Assembly (NCBI RefSeq): GCF_964204645.1
Contig: NC_134029.1
Span: forward strand, 8,086,850 to 8,150,849
Direction of reading: 5' to 3'
Source of the DNA: Tubulanus polymorphus
Lineage: Eukaryota > Animalia > Nemertea
DNA: 64,000 bases
Below, one piece after another: positions 11,401-25,200 of the stretch. The translations under genes were made by a program, and so were the position numbers. Positions within the stretch are counted from its first letter, which is position 1; every line of letters begins with the position of its first letter. The notes beneath the pieces are model-generated. The model searched no databases, had not been told where the DNA came from, and saw nothing but the letters and a program-made list of their open reading frames with translations.

Positions 11401-14400
11401 AGAAATATTTGGTAAACTTCACAGACACAATGAGGAAGAAAAAATTTCTCAACCCACTGGGCACCACTTAAGAGAGCATTATGTGTGGGTTCAAGGTTAC
11501 CTCTGATGGCGAGAGAGTGCTGACAAGAACTCAGGATCTCTCAGGGTGGCCACTTATCCAGAAATGTGGAAGATTAAGGGAATTTTCTTTTAAAAAGTTA
11601 ACGAATAGTTCTGGGAATTTTATAAAAAAGCTAAAAATCAGGGAAATATGTGGAGATCACTAAATGGCTTGTATAATCAAACAGTTTCCATCTATGTCTT
11701 AACATATTTGACTGTGTTGATTTATTGGATTCTTAGTGGATCAAGTCGGGGAAAACAACGTGCATGTCAGGGAGACTGCGCACCTCTTGATAGCAAATCT
11801 TGCGGATAACATTCGTTGTTTGAAATGATTTATCCGTATTTCAGAGGATATCAGCAGCAGGACGCGCACGAGTTCATGCGATACCTACTCGACCGGCTAC
11901 ACACCGAACTACTGACGTTGCTTCCGTATCCCGATAACAACAGTCCGTACATCGGTCCGAAGAACAAAAGCACAATCGTCACGGCGATATTCGGCGGATT
12001 GTTGCAGAATGAGGTCAATTGTCTTATATGCGGGATGGAATCGAAAAAACATGACCCTTTTCTAGGTGATTAGATAAGTGAATTTTAGATGAAATGAACC
12101 ATGTAGAATATTTCAATGCGGCCGCTCCCTCTTAACATTAGCTGTACACTTGATTGCTTTTAGTTCTTTGCAAAAATACAGTATCCACAAATTTTGGTAT
12201 ACATGAAATCAGGATTTCCCTCGATGTATTATACTAAGTGAACTTCTTGGGCCAGGTCAACAATAGATACTTATTCATTATAGTTCAGACCAAAGTAGGT
12301 TCATTTCAGTCCTATATGAGCAAAATTAACAAGTCCATTTTGGTCTCATGTCTGAATTCTGGAACTGAACAGATCATTGGAATTCTTAGCCCTTTCATTA
12401 AAGGGCTCAGAGATGTTGCTATCTTTCGATACAGATTTTGATTAAATCACAGTACACCGCACCGTGGGGTAGACACAGTATGGGATGGGCCAATTGTACA
12501 CATAATAGCAGTGTAAAGGCATTGAAAGGGTTAATTTATGAACTGGTCCCGTGTTGTTTTGATAGGTTATCATTTTCAGCTAAGCGTTGAGATTCGTGTT
12601 AACGATTGAATCTGCTATTGATTGTTGAAATCTCTTTATCGTTGAATAGAATTCTAAATTGATGCGTTGCAATATTTCAGACCTATCGTTAGATATTCCA
12701 CCGGAGTTTTCCTCGTCGAAGTCAAAAGGAGGTGATCTGTGCAATTTATCAGGTTAGTTAACACGACTTTTCTAAACTAAGATGTTGGTACGCCGGCTTC
12801 GTCATCTTACAGGGTGGCCACTGACCTGAATCAGAAAAATCTGGGAAAGCTAATCTTACCAAAAACCTGGAAAACTCTTGGAATTCAGAGATAATATTAT
12901 TGACCGTGTTTCAATAAAAAATTGATTAATTGGAACATTTTATACCTAGAAATTTCTCTGATTCACTCAGGGAATTTAATGTAATCACGGAAAACTCAGG
13001 GTCCAGTTCCACAGTTCCAAGTTACGATTTAATTCTTGAGTTAACTCATCGAAAATGAACTAACTTTAACTCGGAGTTAATTCTAACTCACAACTGTGGA
13101 ACTGGGTCCTGGGAATTTGTAAATGGGGGGAAAGCCACTTTGCAAAAATGGATGTTTCCTTCTTGCTCTATATGATATTTTTCCTGCAGATTGTTTGAAA
13201 AGTTTTACGGATGTCGAAGAATTAGAAGAATCCGAGTTGTATATGTGCAGTAACTGTAAACTAAAGCAAAGGTCGACGAAAAAGTTCTGGATCCGAAGTC
13301 TACCGAATGTAAGTTGGTAAACAGCCCGATTGAACTGAACTTCTTGGAAAGTGTTGCGTTGCTGGGCGGGTATTAATTTCGAACCCTGGGCAAGACGAGA
13401 GTCAACACAATGTCACATTGTGTTGATTCTCATCCCAGCAGCTATTGGGTACGCAGAGCTATTAACTGTTCCTGATTTTCAGTATTTGTTACTATTTTAT
13501 AACAAGAAATACTGATCCCATTTGTTTGATGCATATGTTACTGAGGGTCTTACTGGTAATTACCGATTAATTTGAACATTATCTTTCACATTTCAATGAA
13601 ATGTTTCTGAAAAAAATTCAATTTGTTACCGATAGCACTTTTTGGCAGGTTGGCAGCCCTGAGCGGCTGATCTCAATGATAAAGCAACTCGGACTCAAAA
13701 TTTTGAAATTTGTTAAGGAACAGTTCTACCTGACGAAATCCATTTAAGCTAGTCAGACGTAGACTATGTAGTATATATATAAAAGACCGACAATATTTAA
13801 GATTTATAGTGGAAAATACCGGTAGATAAACTGGTGTTTCATGTAGAATGGATTCATTTCTTAAGTTCTTATCTTTGAAGACTACCCAAAATGTCGGTTT
13901 AACCAATTTCGTTTTTACTAATCATCAGTGTAGTGGTTCTTTTAGGTTCTATCGGTATCGATGGCCGAAGTGTCACCAATGTTTTGTGTTCGTTTCAGGT
14001 ATTATGTCTACATCTAAAGAGATTTCGATGGAGTACGTACTTCAGAGTGAAGGTTGAGACTTACGTACACTTTCCCGTGCGCGGCTTGGATATGAGTCGT
14101 TATGTGCTCGACAATCTGGTAAGACATTGATAGTTCACTGATTTATACGGCCTAGTAACACGTTGGATGATATAATTGACTCACCGATGCTGAATGCTTT
14201 GTTTCTGAACGGGTTTTCTTAAGTTTTCGTAAATCGTGTATTTTCAGCACGAAACTAGGAATAGTTTTCTGGGCAGTAATGAATATGATTTAGCAGCTGT
14301 TATTGTGCATCATGGATCCGGGTAAGTTTTGATAAAGTTTTGATTTGATAGGTCTTCGGGTGAATGTTTTTCTTGGGGGTAGTAGCCTTGAAAGTGCTTC

Positions 14401-14836
14401 TCAATTTGGTTGGCGTTGAGGCTATAAACCTGTTGTTTCTCCTAATCGGCCTAGTCATTTTGTAAATCGCAATAAAATTTGTAATCAGTTCATTTCTATA
14501 GCTTGATTTTACAAAAAAGTTATGCACAGGATAGATAGGCTTCTAGTGGGGTCAACTTTTTAGCTCAGCAGAAATGAGAAACTAGTTATCACTCGTTTAT
14601 CATGTTTAATGATTGGTCCCTTATTCATTTCTCCGTCCAATTTTGTGTATAATTACAGAGCTGGCTCTGGCCATTATACGGCGTATGCTATGCACGAAGG
14701 ACGTTGGTATAACTTCAACGACAGCACTGTGACCGTGTGCGACGAGGAAACCGTCGCGAAGTGTAAAGCCTACATTCTGTTCTACGTTCGTCGCGAGCTC
14801 AAATTACCCGACTACTTGACGCCTCACATGAAGTGA
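8434..14836 (+). CDS. USP3: Ubiquitin carboxyl-terminal hydrolase 3 (ZnF-UBP plus USP catalytic domain), 14 coding exons, 500 aa
   Basis: Exons 8434-8521, 9065-9125, 9296-9382, 9672-9755, 9906-9996, 10331-10419, 10525-10629, 11127-11240, 11845-12065, 12681-12752, 13190-13308, 13999-14118, 14248-14321, 14659-14836 (1503 nt, all GT-AG, phases consistent). N-terminus MECPHL...[32 protein letters not shown] is USP3-like. Cys box [26 protein letters not shown], and His box [22 protein letters not shown]...WYNFNDS...AYILFY are present. Confidence 0.95.
12810..13141. mobile_element. CAGGGTGGCCAC-type MITE with a palindromic MITE (13000-13108) nested inside
   Basis: Starts CAGGGTGGCCAC and contains repeated CAGGGAATTT/CTGGAAA motifs. 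One ACTCAGGGAATTT motif is split by GGTCCAGTTCCACAGTT...AACTGTGGAACTGGGTC, flanked by CAG and CTG. Related fragments at ~11543 and ~52960 (reverse). Confidence 0.6.
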
Positions 14837-16367
14837 CGCGATGGATAGCGAGATGGATAGCGAGAGTAGTACGAATCGATTGTTTAGATCGTCGGGAAGG
14901 TCACGCGAGTCGAACAGTACGATACGATCTTCGTAAGGCTATCATCGAATTCGAGGATCCTGCATATCAACACGTGAACCCATTCTCGAATGACTGGCTT
15001 CAGAAACGGGTTTAACAACAGCACGCGATGCTTGGAGATTTTTATGCATACAAAAAATACTTAATAGTACTTAGTAGAAATTTTTGATCAGGAAATTGCC
15101 AGATAAATGCCGAAGAGTGCTGGAGATAATTTGAAAATTAAAAAGAAAATACTACCCCAGTGTGTTGAGTAACGAGCATACCGCTATATAGCGTCTTCAC
15201 CACGGTGCAGTGTATCGTTATTTACTAATATTTCTATGTTTGACAGGTGCTGCCATCTTTCACTAGAGATAACTATCGATGCGGTGTACTAGCCTAGCAT
15301 GTTTTTAAAATAGGAAACATGGGCGATACTTATGATGTTTAACGAAGTCTTGATGGCAGTAGAATATATATTTCTTGGTTCATATCATCGAGTGCAACTG
15401 ATCTCTACGGGTCATAAACATACAGCAACTCGCCATCATCATTCTTTCAACCATATCTAGTGGGATACCGTTGCACTGAAATGTTGTGTAAGTAGAAAAA
15501 ATGTGTACGCTAGGCTAAGTGCTTTTTAAGACGATGTACCTTTCGACGGGCATGATCACTGTTGTTAAGTCTTACGAGTGATATAAGGACACTTTGATTA
15601 ATGAAAATACAAAAATTAAAAAGGTCTACGAGAATTTTTAGAAGAGGAATATGATTATTTCGGAATTTCTGCTTTCATAGCATTGTTGCCCAAGTTCAAG
15701 TTGTTCATCTTCTATCAAACTGGGTCCAGGCATTCGTAATGGTTATTGTGTACGATGTGTTGGAAAACTTATCTATCTCATGGATTCAAACCTGATGGCA
15801 TCCATAGATTCCGCCATAGCACGAAACCTCGCCTTTGGTAGTAGACAACTTATCAGAATATGATCGTTTCAAGAATCATATATCTGCATTTTTTTCGGTC
15901 AATACTGAACTAATAACTGTGCATCCAGTTAATGAACAAAAAATATTTATTATCATATTGTTATTATCATTTCCTTGATGAAGTTTAATCAAAACTGTCA
16001 GAAAAGGAATTACAAGATCATCAACTGTGGGTTTTGTTCATTAACTCTGAAGTACTGAGATCAATTCAGTTTACCAGTCATTTGTATCCAGTCTATTCAT
16101 GGCAGAGTCTTGAGATGCCATTACCAGTTTGATTCCCTGCATCGGAGAATATCCCGTGTAATCCGTGGCGCGGTTTTATAGACTGGTATCAACTTTAACC
16201 TGGGAGTTAACTCAATTCATTTTCAATTCAGTTAGCCCACCGGTTTATACCAGTCTACAAAACCAGCCGCATTATGCTTAGCAGAGAGCTAATTCTCTAT
16301 CTTTGTAATGAAGTGTATAGACATACCCGGTATGTGTAATGTATAATGTAATATGTATATAGTTATG

Positions 16368-16486
16368 ATTATTATTATTATTATTATTATTCCGCTATTC
16401 TGTGATATAAAAGTCAACACGTCGTTAGATTCCATATTGTTGTATAGGTGGCGTTGTAGTGTATCACTGCCAGATGATCTATTATA

Positions 16487-16523
<37 letters not shown>
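16368..16523. repeat. (ATT)n and (AT)n microsatellites in the presumed USP3 3' UTR
   Basis: About 8 ATT units at ~16368-16391 and about 15 AT units at ~16493-16523. A candidate AATAAA poly(A) signal follows at 16666-16671. Confidence 0.8.
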
Positions 16524-16525
<2 letters not shown>

Positions 16526-17756
16526 AGCCAGCCCCAGTATTATTTTCTCATTTCAGTTGATCTCAGTAGAAAATTGAGTCATTGCATATGGATCGGCTCC
16601 TCTGCCTATATCTCTAACCGATTGTTTTGGACATGCTGTGTGTAGTTTCACGGCCATGGGGCTGAAATAAATTCATTCGGACTTCATTTAGTTCAAGTGC
16701 CAAATTTCTCTCGCAACTGTCAAAGCGGGTCATCAAAAGACATCAAAGTTTTTTCGATAATCACGCCCCGGTAGTAGTTGTCGAGCGAGGCAGAATTGGC
16801 CAATGTCCATGTGATGCACAGATCGGTGATTTTGCATGGTAAATGTTGAACCCTCATTTTCAACGGTTACACAAGCCAACCCCCTTTTCAATGGTTTAGT
16901 CGGAGATTTCGGGAAAAAGGCTTTCCATGAACTTTCATAGCGCATGTCTCAAATGTGCCTGCTCTTGCCAAGAACTGTCATGATGTATAACCAGTATACC
17001 GTAACCATTGATGAAATGTTATGTCCATGTGTCAATATATGGAGAATCCCACACTACTGATGAAGATAATGTCCAAAAAGTTTCCTTTAAGCTGATAATT
17101 TATTTATAACCTGATAGTCATCTTCAGGACTGTATTCCTCATTATATTAGTGTGGTATTTCCTATATGTATGTACCATACTTGAGTTTTCCCTTCTTAGC
17201 AATGGGGGTCTGGCATAGGTTGGCCTCGCAACCGCCGGCGTTGATCCCGTCACAAAGACCTGTGCACATTTGTGTCACTCGGCAATTGTCAATGATGCTA
17301 GTTGCAAGGAGTTGTACATGTTCTACTATGTGCAACACGACGACACAAGTTCATCTCTCCCTGTTGCAGCCGACATACAGGCTGCTCTTGTGAGAGACTA
17401 GTCTGGCATTGTCCCTGGTGATCGCATTGCAGTCACCTGAAACACCCATTAGTGACCCGACCTGTTGCAATCAGATAGATATATCTTATTAAACGTTCGA
17501 AGTTGAAAAATGAATGGGCCGCCGTCTTACACTAAATCACGAGAAGTCTGAAATCAAATGGGTTTGTATATTTCAACTGTTTAAACGGAATCGCGTGTAT
17601 AGATGACTTAATTTTTTGACGCGTGTTTTTTTAAACGAGAAAACTCTCAGGAATATCATTTTTCAGTTGAGCGCCATTGTTGTACATTCGAGCTTGAGTA
17701 TACTATAACGTAGGTGTGCGTGTCGTCATGAAAATGGCTTTAGTATTACGATGCTA

Positions 17757-18610
17757 CAGTCGAATCCGCTTAATCCCGATCCGTTCTAGACATTATGATC
17801 CACCCACACCTAGATGTTAATAAAATATTCCTTATTTCTCCGAATGGAAATAATCTAATTTTATGAACGTTTTGATCGATTAATCAACATCATTTAATCA
17901 ATTTTCCTTAGATATCCGTCAGAGGCCGCTATTTAGTCTGTGTTGCATACAGTGGCATGATAGACGAGATGATCTACAAGGTTTTATGTAAAACCTACAA
18001 AATGAAACGACGATTTTCATTTTTGGAAATTTTCAACATATTTGAAGGAAAAACAGTACAAATCTCATTTTGTAATGAGTAATATATTTATTATAGCGAA
18101 CGTTTTCGGGAGTTACATTATCCCCTCTCCAGGCATAGCGCAAGTGATTAAATTTACATATCATACTGGTATTTATATAGAATAAGACGAACGGGTCAGG
18201 ATTCATTCTCAATGTTTTTAGATAATTAACTACTAGTCACATATCTTCACTCAGTAATTTAGATTGTGTGTAATTAATTACCTTTGTATTATAATTATCT
18301 TGTCACTCAGTAATTTGAAATTGTTTGTAATTAGCTTCGTCTTATTCTATATAAATACCAGTATGATATGTAAATTTAATCACTTGCGCTATGCCTGAAG
18401 AGGGGATAATGTAACTCCCAAAAACGTTCGCTATAATAAATATATTACTCATTAGAAAATCAGATTTGTACTGTTTTTGCTTCTATGGATTTTGAATTAT
18501 CTAGACTGTCTACCTAAGATATATTTAAAGGATATTGCATTTTTGATAACAAATCATAAATCAATAAATTCCAATTGATAAGAAATATCCGGATTAAGTG
18601 CGTTCTACTG
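17757..18610. mobile_element. Tc1/mariner/pogo-like non-autonomous element (CAGT...ACTG, TA TSD) enclosing a nested palindrome
   Basis: TA|CAGTCGAATCCGCTTAATCCCGAT ... ATCCGGATTAAGTGCGTTCTACTG|TA. Family members at 31756-31939 and ~61957-62294. Confidence 0.6.
18049..18478. mobile_element. Inverted pair of 143-bp Penelope-pLTR-like repeats containing degenerate hammerhead ribozyme cores
   Basis: Arms 18049-18191 and 18336-18478 are reverse complements with about 4 mismatches. Each arm reads TATATAAATA ... GC-CTG(A/G)AGA-GGGGATAATGTAACTCCC-(G/A)AAAACGTTC-GC ... AATAAA. Confidence 0.6.
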
Positions 18611-19358
18611 TAAACGTGTATTTCGCTGTCAATGCGCTGAAGTTTTGGCTTAATAATTCATACGCTTTAAAGAGGTGAAGGTCATTGCGGTTCTGTTGTA
18701 GTCTGCATTTTCTACTGCTCATTCACTAAAAATTCAGTTCGACCAAATTGTAACCTCATTGCCTTCGTAACTTAAGAAACTTGATATTATTTGTTACTCT
18801 TACTATGATCACCGTGCTCCGATTTCTTGAGTGGTGTAAGAAATTCTTTACTCCTGTGTTGTTTATCTTTCGTTCGATTGTTGTAACTTGATTTAGTTTT
18901 CGATATATGTTCGGTTCATTTTATTAGGCGATTTCGCGGAGCTAGTAAAATCTTACGTTGCAAGAGCCAGGAGGTTGTATGATGACTAGATAATATGGTT
19001 ACTACCCTCGATTCTGTGCTGATTGGAAAAATGAGCTCGAGTTTAGTTATCGACTTTTGTTTATAATAAAACTGGTCGGCGAAACCTGCACTATTTTCAC
19101 TAACTCTAGATCAACTCTTTTCTTTTTTGTGTTCTTTATTCATTGTGAAGATGACTTATTCCTGAACTACGTCTCGGGAATTTGAATTCATGTACATACT
19201 CTTTAATATTTATCAGTGGGATCGATAAATTTGTGCATGGTTTAATACATTTGACTTATACCGATTTGTCTCTATTGAGTTCATTGTGACATCAGATCAT
19301 GTTTAAAAAGAAGTAATTTTCTGCAATGGATCCAGCAGACAATATCGATATTAACTTT

Positions 19359-19524
19359 TAAGGAGTCATTCATATATTACGTACGCATTAGGGTAGGGGG
19401 AGGGCTCAGTGAAATTGCATACTGTAATGCTCAATGTATATTAAAAAAATGGCCGATTTTGCGTACATGGGGGGGGTCAAGAAATTCAAATTTCGTACGA
19501 ACGTAATAAATGAATGATCCCTAA
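19359..19524. mobile_element. PIF/Harbinger (Tourist)-like MITE
   Basis: TAA-GGAGTCATTCATATATTACGTACG ... CGAACGTAATAAATGAATGATCCC-TAA, with the same trinucleotide on both sides. Homologous to 62002-62170. Confidence 0.7.
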
Positions 19525-22219
19525 TGAAGAATTGTAATGTACAAAATTTCGAATGTTTCTAGGGAATTCCTGTAATGTTCGAAATTTTGAACGTTACTCA
19601 ACAATGTTTACTGGCTATTCTAACGGGCTATTCTTGAAAGCATTGGAGTAAAATGAGCTCGAACAAGAAAGGTCCGAACAGAATTTGGAATGCACTCCAA
19701 ATTCTAACGCACGTATCTTTAGCTGGATCCACTAATGATTTTTCTCCCATCTTCGGATCCTTAATCAGTGAGAATCAGTGATGTTAAATTTTGACGAAAA
19801 TGTAGCAACTTAAAATGTTATAATAATAAATCCAAGGAGAATGAATGTTGAATGATGTATTGTATATTAATGAAAAACATCAGTAGATAAATGAATAAAA
19901 AAGTGGATGTGATTAAATTGTGCAAGATGAAAAATAATGTCGTTTTTTGCTCGTCGTGAGAATGAGAATGCTTCGATGGTTTAAGGATGAGAAAAAAGAT
20001 CTCGATGCAAGTTGTGGGGGTCTGTTGATACAATCTCTAAAAAGCCTAAAGAATCAACTGCAGATGTGGCATTCTTTTTATTGTTATAATCGAAGAAAGC
20101 CGTGTTGAAAAGCGGAGAAATCGCATGATTATTTCCTTTTTCCGAACAATCTGTTGTCACCGAGATCAATACATATCTATTGTCAATGTTATCCTCTGTA
20201 ACGTGTGGCTCTGCGACTTATGTGGTTTCACATCAGGACTTGACATACACTAGGATATGTGTGCACAGCCAGCTGAGATAGAGAGAGCGATCTGAATTCG
20301 GGCTATAGTTTTGATGAGCGATTTCCGAATTATGGGTAAGTATCGATTTTGTAATTAAGAGTGTAAAGTTTTTTGAATTCATGATGAGTAGCTAGGGGTC
20401 TGAATTATCAAAAATGCTAAAACTCATTTTAGAATCTGCTTCCAGTGAATTGAAAAACTGAGAAGGGCTCAAAAAGTCGTGCCATTTCATCTATGAAAAA
20501 AATGGATGCTAAGGCTAGAAAAATTTATACCTTGTTTCTCATCTCTGCTGATCTTATTAGTTGACACCGCGCAGCCTATCTACCCAAAAATCACTTTTTT
20601 GATCAAGGTAACAAAAACAGACCCGGCAGTTCTAGAAATGGACTGATTACAAATTTGATTTCAGTTTACTTAAGTGACCTGGCCAATGAGGAGGAGCAGG
20701 GTATCAATTTTTAGCCTAAGTATCAGATTTTAGGTAAATCTATAGTTTACGACCAGCATCAATGAGCAATAAATAGACTTGCACTATGAACCTCAGTGAA
20801 CAAGGAAATGTTGAAAGTATCTGCTTTGATATCCGTAGGATAATCTCGTGTGTACTGTAGTTGGTCAATTTAGGGTAACCAGCTATGTTCTGGGCTCTGG
20901 CAACTTGAGCATTTACAATTTGTGAAGTTTTTACTTTGAAAATAAATGGATGCAATCATGTCTTCAGTAACAACTATCTCAAAAAGCTACTTAAACTATT
21001 TTCAATCATATATGTGATATTCATATATATAGCTAATAGTGATATGATAGTTGTCAACATTAGAATGGTAAGCACGTTCGTATATAGAACAAATCCTGCG
21101 CCCTGATGGCATTATTGGATTTGGATAAAATGCATTAATTAAAATGACAAGGCTCTTGTTGAGCTTACGACCACATATGTCTCCGACAGACTACCAGATG
21201 ACAATTCTAGAGCGGTAGATGAGAAAATCGAGAAAAAAATGAGAAAATGTTGGAAATTATTCCAAGCGGGTCCTGTCCTCGCCTACTTTTTAGTAATAGG
21301 TTATTGAAATGCGAGAAATGTGACTTATATTTCAAGTAGTTTTTAAACGATGTAATCATTTACGTTATTAAACAGCTGTTTGTCATATATTTGTATATGT
21401 AATGTATATACAGCCACTTCTCTGTCATCTGCTTGATTACAGACGTAAGTTGTAGTACATTATATACGTATTAGTGCTGATGGGGGCGGCCGTGATATAT
21501 CCTACGTAAATTGGCTAAACCTTGATAAACTCAAGAACTGCATATTCGGAATATCGGTTACGATAATAAAAATAGCAGAAGTGAAAAGTGCATATCTCAG
21601 CAAGTGGACTTGATGTCATATATGTTAATGATATATATTCATCTTTTGGCTGAATCTTTGTGTGGAAAAAAAATTGTTGATGGTTTTGACATCTAATCTT
21701 TTTCTGGATACCGGTATGTATAATACAGTAGACACTACCTTCAAGGTGGCATGCAGGCTTGTGGATATTTTTGCCAGTTGAGGGTAAGAGACCATCAAAA
21801 AGAAATTTCCAAAACTCAAAAATTTAAGTAGAGTTAACCAATAACGTAAATAAAGAGGATCCAAAAGATTGCCTTACTGCCTAGATTTCTGTGAAATAAC
21901 GAACATGGTTGCAAGGTCTCTTTTGCAAACATATACCAGCGTACGTTTTGAATCATCGTTTTAATCATCGATATCTATTTAACTCACATTCACAGATGGT
22001 CTGGGGTGTCGTCTGTACGCTTGCACACATGTACATACGCCTAGTCATTACAGTTTAATTCTCATTCTCATTTACAGGATGTCATTCACTTTTCCATCAT
22101 AATGGAAGTAGATGTAATGGTCATTGCAGAAGTTGACCCTTTTACCAAAAACGACGACCTTGAAGGATATTTCGATACATTTTTGCTACATTGATTTTTC
22201 GAACGACGAATTTCGGATT

Positions 22220-25200
22220 ATGGATTTAACGGATGAGTCGGCGATTCAAAATTCGGATTCTGATTTCGATTCGCTAGAGCAGTTTGCTGAACGCTTTATC
22301 GATTGTATATTTGAAAGTATTCGTGAAGAATTCCATCTGAAAGAAACGACAACAAAATCTGAGTTATCTCCAGATGATGTGTTCGCGGCTGAAGGAACAT
22401 CAGTGGGTCAACTAGCCGACCAAGGTCAGCTGTCGCTTACTTCATCCGCATTACTTCATCCACTATCATCGTCATCAGCCCAGCTTCAGCAAACTCCTTC
22501 CAACTTAAAAGGTGATGAAATTGTTTATCAACAAGGTGGATTGTTTGAAGTAACAATATATAAAGGTAAATAGCATGGGTTTTTTGGAGCTGAAGGATTG
22601 GCAATTTTTGTAGTATCGGAAAGCGATTTCAAAAAGTTTTTTTCTGAGCAAAGCAAGTTATACAAAATCTAATGTACTCGGGCATGAGCCTCTATGTTTG
22701 ATGGTAGTTCTTAATTGAAGAATGTCAATTCAAATATCATACTATCATTTCCAGGATTCTTTAATTCCAGTAACCTTAAAAAATGACTAAAAAACATAGG
22801 ATTCACATGCAAACCGCTCTCCATTTTCAATTGCCTAATAAAAGTATATTTAGATATTTTCCGATCGTTATTTCTCTTGTATTTTTACATATCTCCCTGT
22901 GATAACATATCCTTTCGATTGTTTCATATATATTCTATTTCATTGCGCAGATGTCGGAATGGACTATGGATTGTGTATAACGTGTACAGGATCGACGGAC
23001 GGCTGCACTGGAATCATAGTTCGCTCTTCACCACCGAACTTCCCCTTGGCTCCACACTGCATAGGCGTAAGGTAATAAATCTCCATTAACATTTTCGGGT
23101 TCTGTCACCAGTGCCACTACGAATACATTCGTAGCTGATTCTTCCTATTCAGATATTTGCGGGAATGTCACAGTTCCTAATTGGCTGGCAATGTGAACTC
23201 AATGCTGATTGGTCTGTTTCGAACATAGGCTGTCTATTTTAGCTCTGAAAACATCAACGATTCAATTGTATCCATAGATTCTCATTATTACATATATTAA
23301 CCCTTTCAGTGCTGGCTAATTAATACCCTATAGTGCTGAAGATAATTTGATAATTCTGAAAAATTCCACCCTAGTGTGTTGAATAACAGCCCTTGGTCTT
23401 CTGAAATCAGTTCTGATGGTTTATCGATAACGTATGTTTTGTATTTAGGTCATCTCATGAAAGCAGTAGTCACAAAAATTGCAGAGAAAAATCACCTTTA
23501 CACTTTCTGTTTCTGCCTCCGACAGTGAGTGTATATTTCTGTGATAAATCTTGTATTTCTAATAAGAGAGATATTTTCTTTTCATTCCTTAATGCATTTT
23601 ATTTTATCATTCAACAGGCCACCCATTTTCCTCCCATACCCGAAGGTAATGAATTGGAGGAAATTGGAGCAACTGAACTGGATGATGACGATGCCAACAT
23701 TGGTAAGTATTCTTATGATTTTCTGATAGCATTAGGGCTGGGTTTACAGTTTAAAACAGTCAGTCAGCCTTCAATGGGGTACCAACACTCACCAGATGGT
23801 GCCACAAAACACTGGGTTATTCGAAGTGAAAATCAGTACATTTCCAATAAAATTTGAACTTGATTCTTAGGCTTCCAAATCCAAAAATCATCCAAACCAG
23901 TTATCAGATTCACTTTCTCACTCCGTGTATGGTATAGATTTAACGGAAAATTGACTTTTCTAATGAGAAAAATTGACCGGAATTTAATTGAAATGTTGAA
24001 GGAATTGAAGGGCGGTAACCCAGTGTCACTAGTGAACCTGGAGGTATCCTTACTTGCCTCTGGAAATTGAATGTTGTACTCAGTACTTTAAACAGGTTCG
24101 CTCACAACTTTGAAGCATTATCATCAATACTAAAGACATCTATTTCTCGATTCAAATTCATTTCATACATGTGGCAAAAAAATATGACAAAACGTATAGC
24201 GTAGCTATATTTGACCAAAAGGAGTCAGTCAAACATGGTTCTATATATCGCAACCAGCCAAATTGATCCTCATTATCAAGTCAATTATGGATGAATTGAA
24301 CAAAATTCAGTACATGTAGTAGATTTTTAGTTATCGTAAGTATTGATCTCGGGAAGCGTCCTTAATGCTTCGCTGTCCATTTGAGATAAATTGCGACCCT
24401 ATAATGGATACTATAAATAGTTTCAGGTGTTAATCGGATTATAGTGAAATCAATAAGAGTATTCTACTGCGATCAATCATTCATGTCAACAGTATCTGTA
24501 ATGAATCAGTTTTGTATTGCTCCCCGTCATCGTGGACGTAAGGATGTATTTGGAATGTAACGAATGAGTGAGGAAAATAGCCGTAAATTTTAAGTGGTAT
24601 TAAGTTTAGAATTTCTAGCACAATCAGGATTTACGTCAGTTATTTAAGGATTCGGTGAGTCGCAAAGTTGTCGATTGATCAGCTAGTTTCTTCCCTCCTC
24701 AGCAAGGTAGTTCTGCTGATCCTAAATTGTTGGTTCATATTGTAAGTACAATAAGAAAAGAACCATCTAAAAAACTCCTCCATGTGTAATATAGATAGGT
24801 GAATAATTTAATCTTGATATCGTTCGTTAGTCTATTTCTATTTCGGTAGCAGATCTTAAAATAGGCGACGTTTAATTTCTGTTCGAACTCAGTCAAGATA
24901 CGCTTTTTCTTACCAATTTTAGCTTTTACCCATTTTACGAAATTTATAGAGTCAGTCGAATCAGTCCATCCTGGAGACGTAAATCAAGAAACCATTCCTG
25001 AAGAGAAATATTCTCCAAATTTTCTGACTGAAGTATCACTTACTCGTACCGAAATCAGTCAATATTTTTACCAGCACTTCGGTAACTGTGCCCCATAAGT
25101 TCACTTCAATCCTGAATATAAGGCTTTTTTGGAGTATGGACTTTTTCAAGAAAGAAAAGGGGAGGGCGAAGGGAAAAATATTTAAATGGAGAAACATTAA

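Noticed and set aside
20381-20403. ATGATGA...CTGA C/D-box snoRNA-like pair
   Set aside because: The boxes are only about 12 nt apart with no guide region, far too short for a snoRNA.
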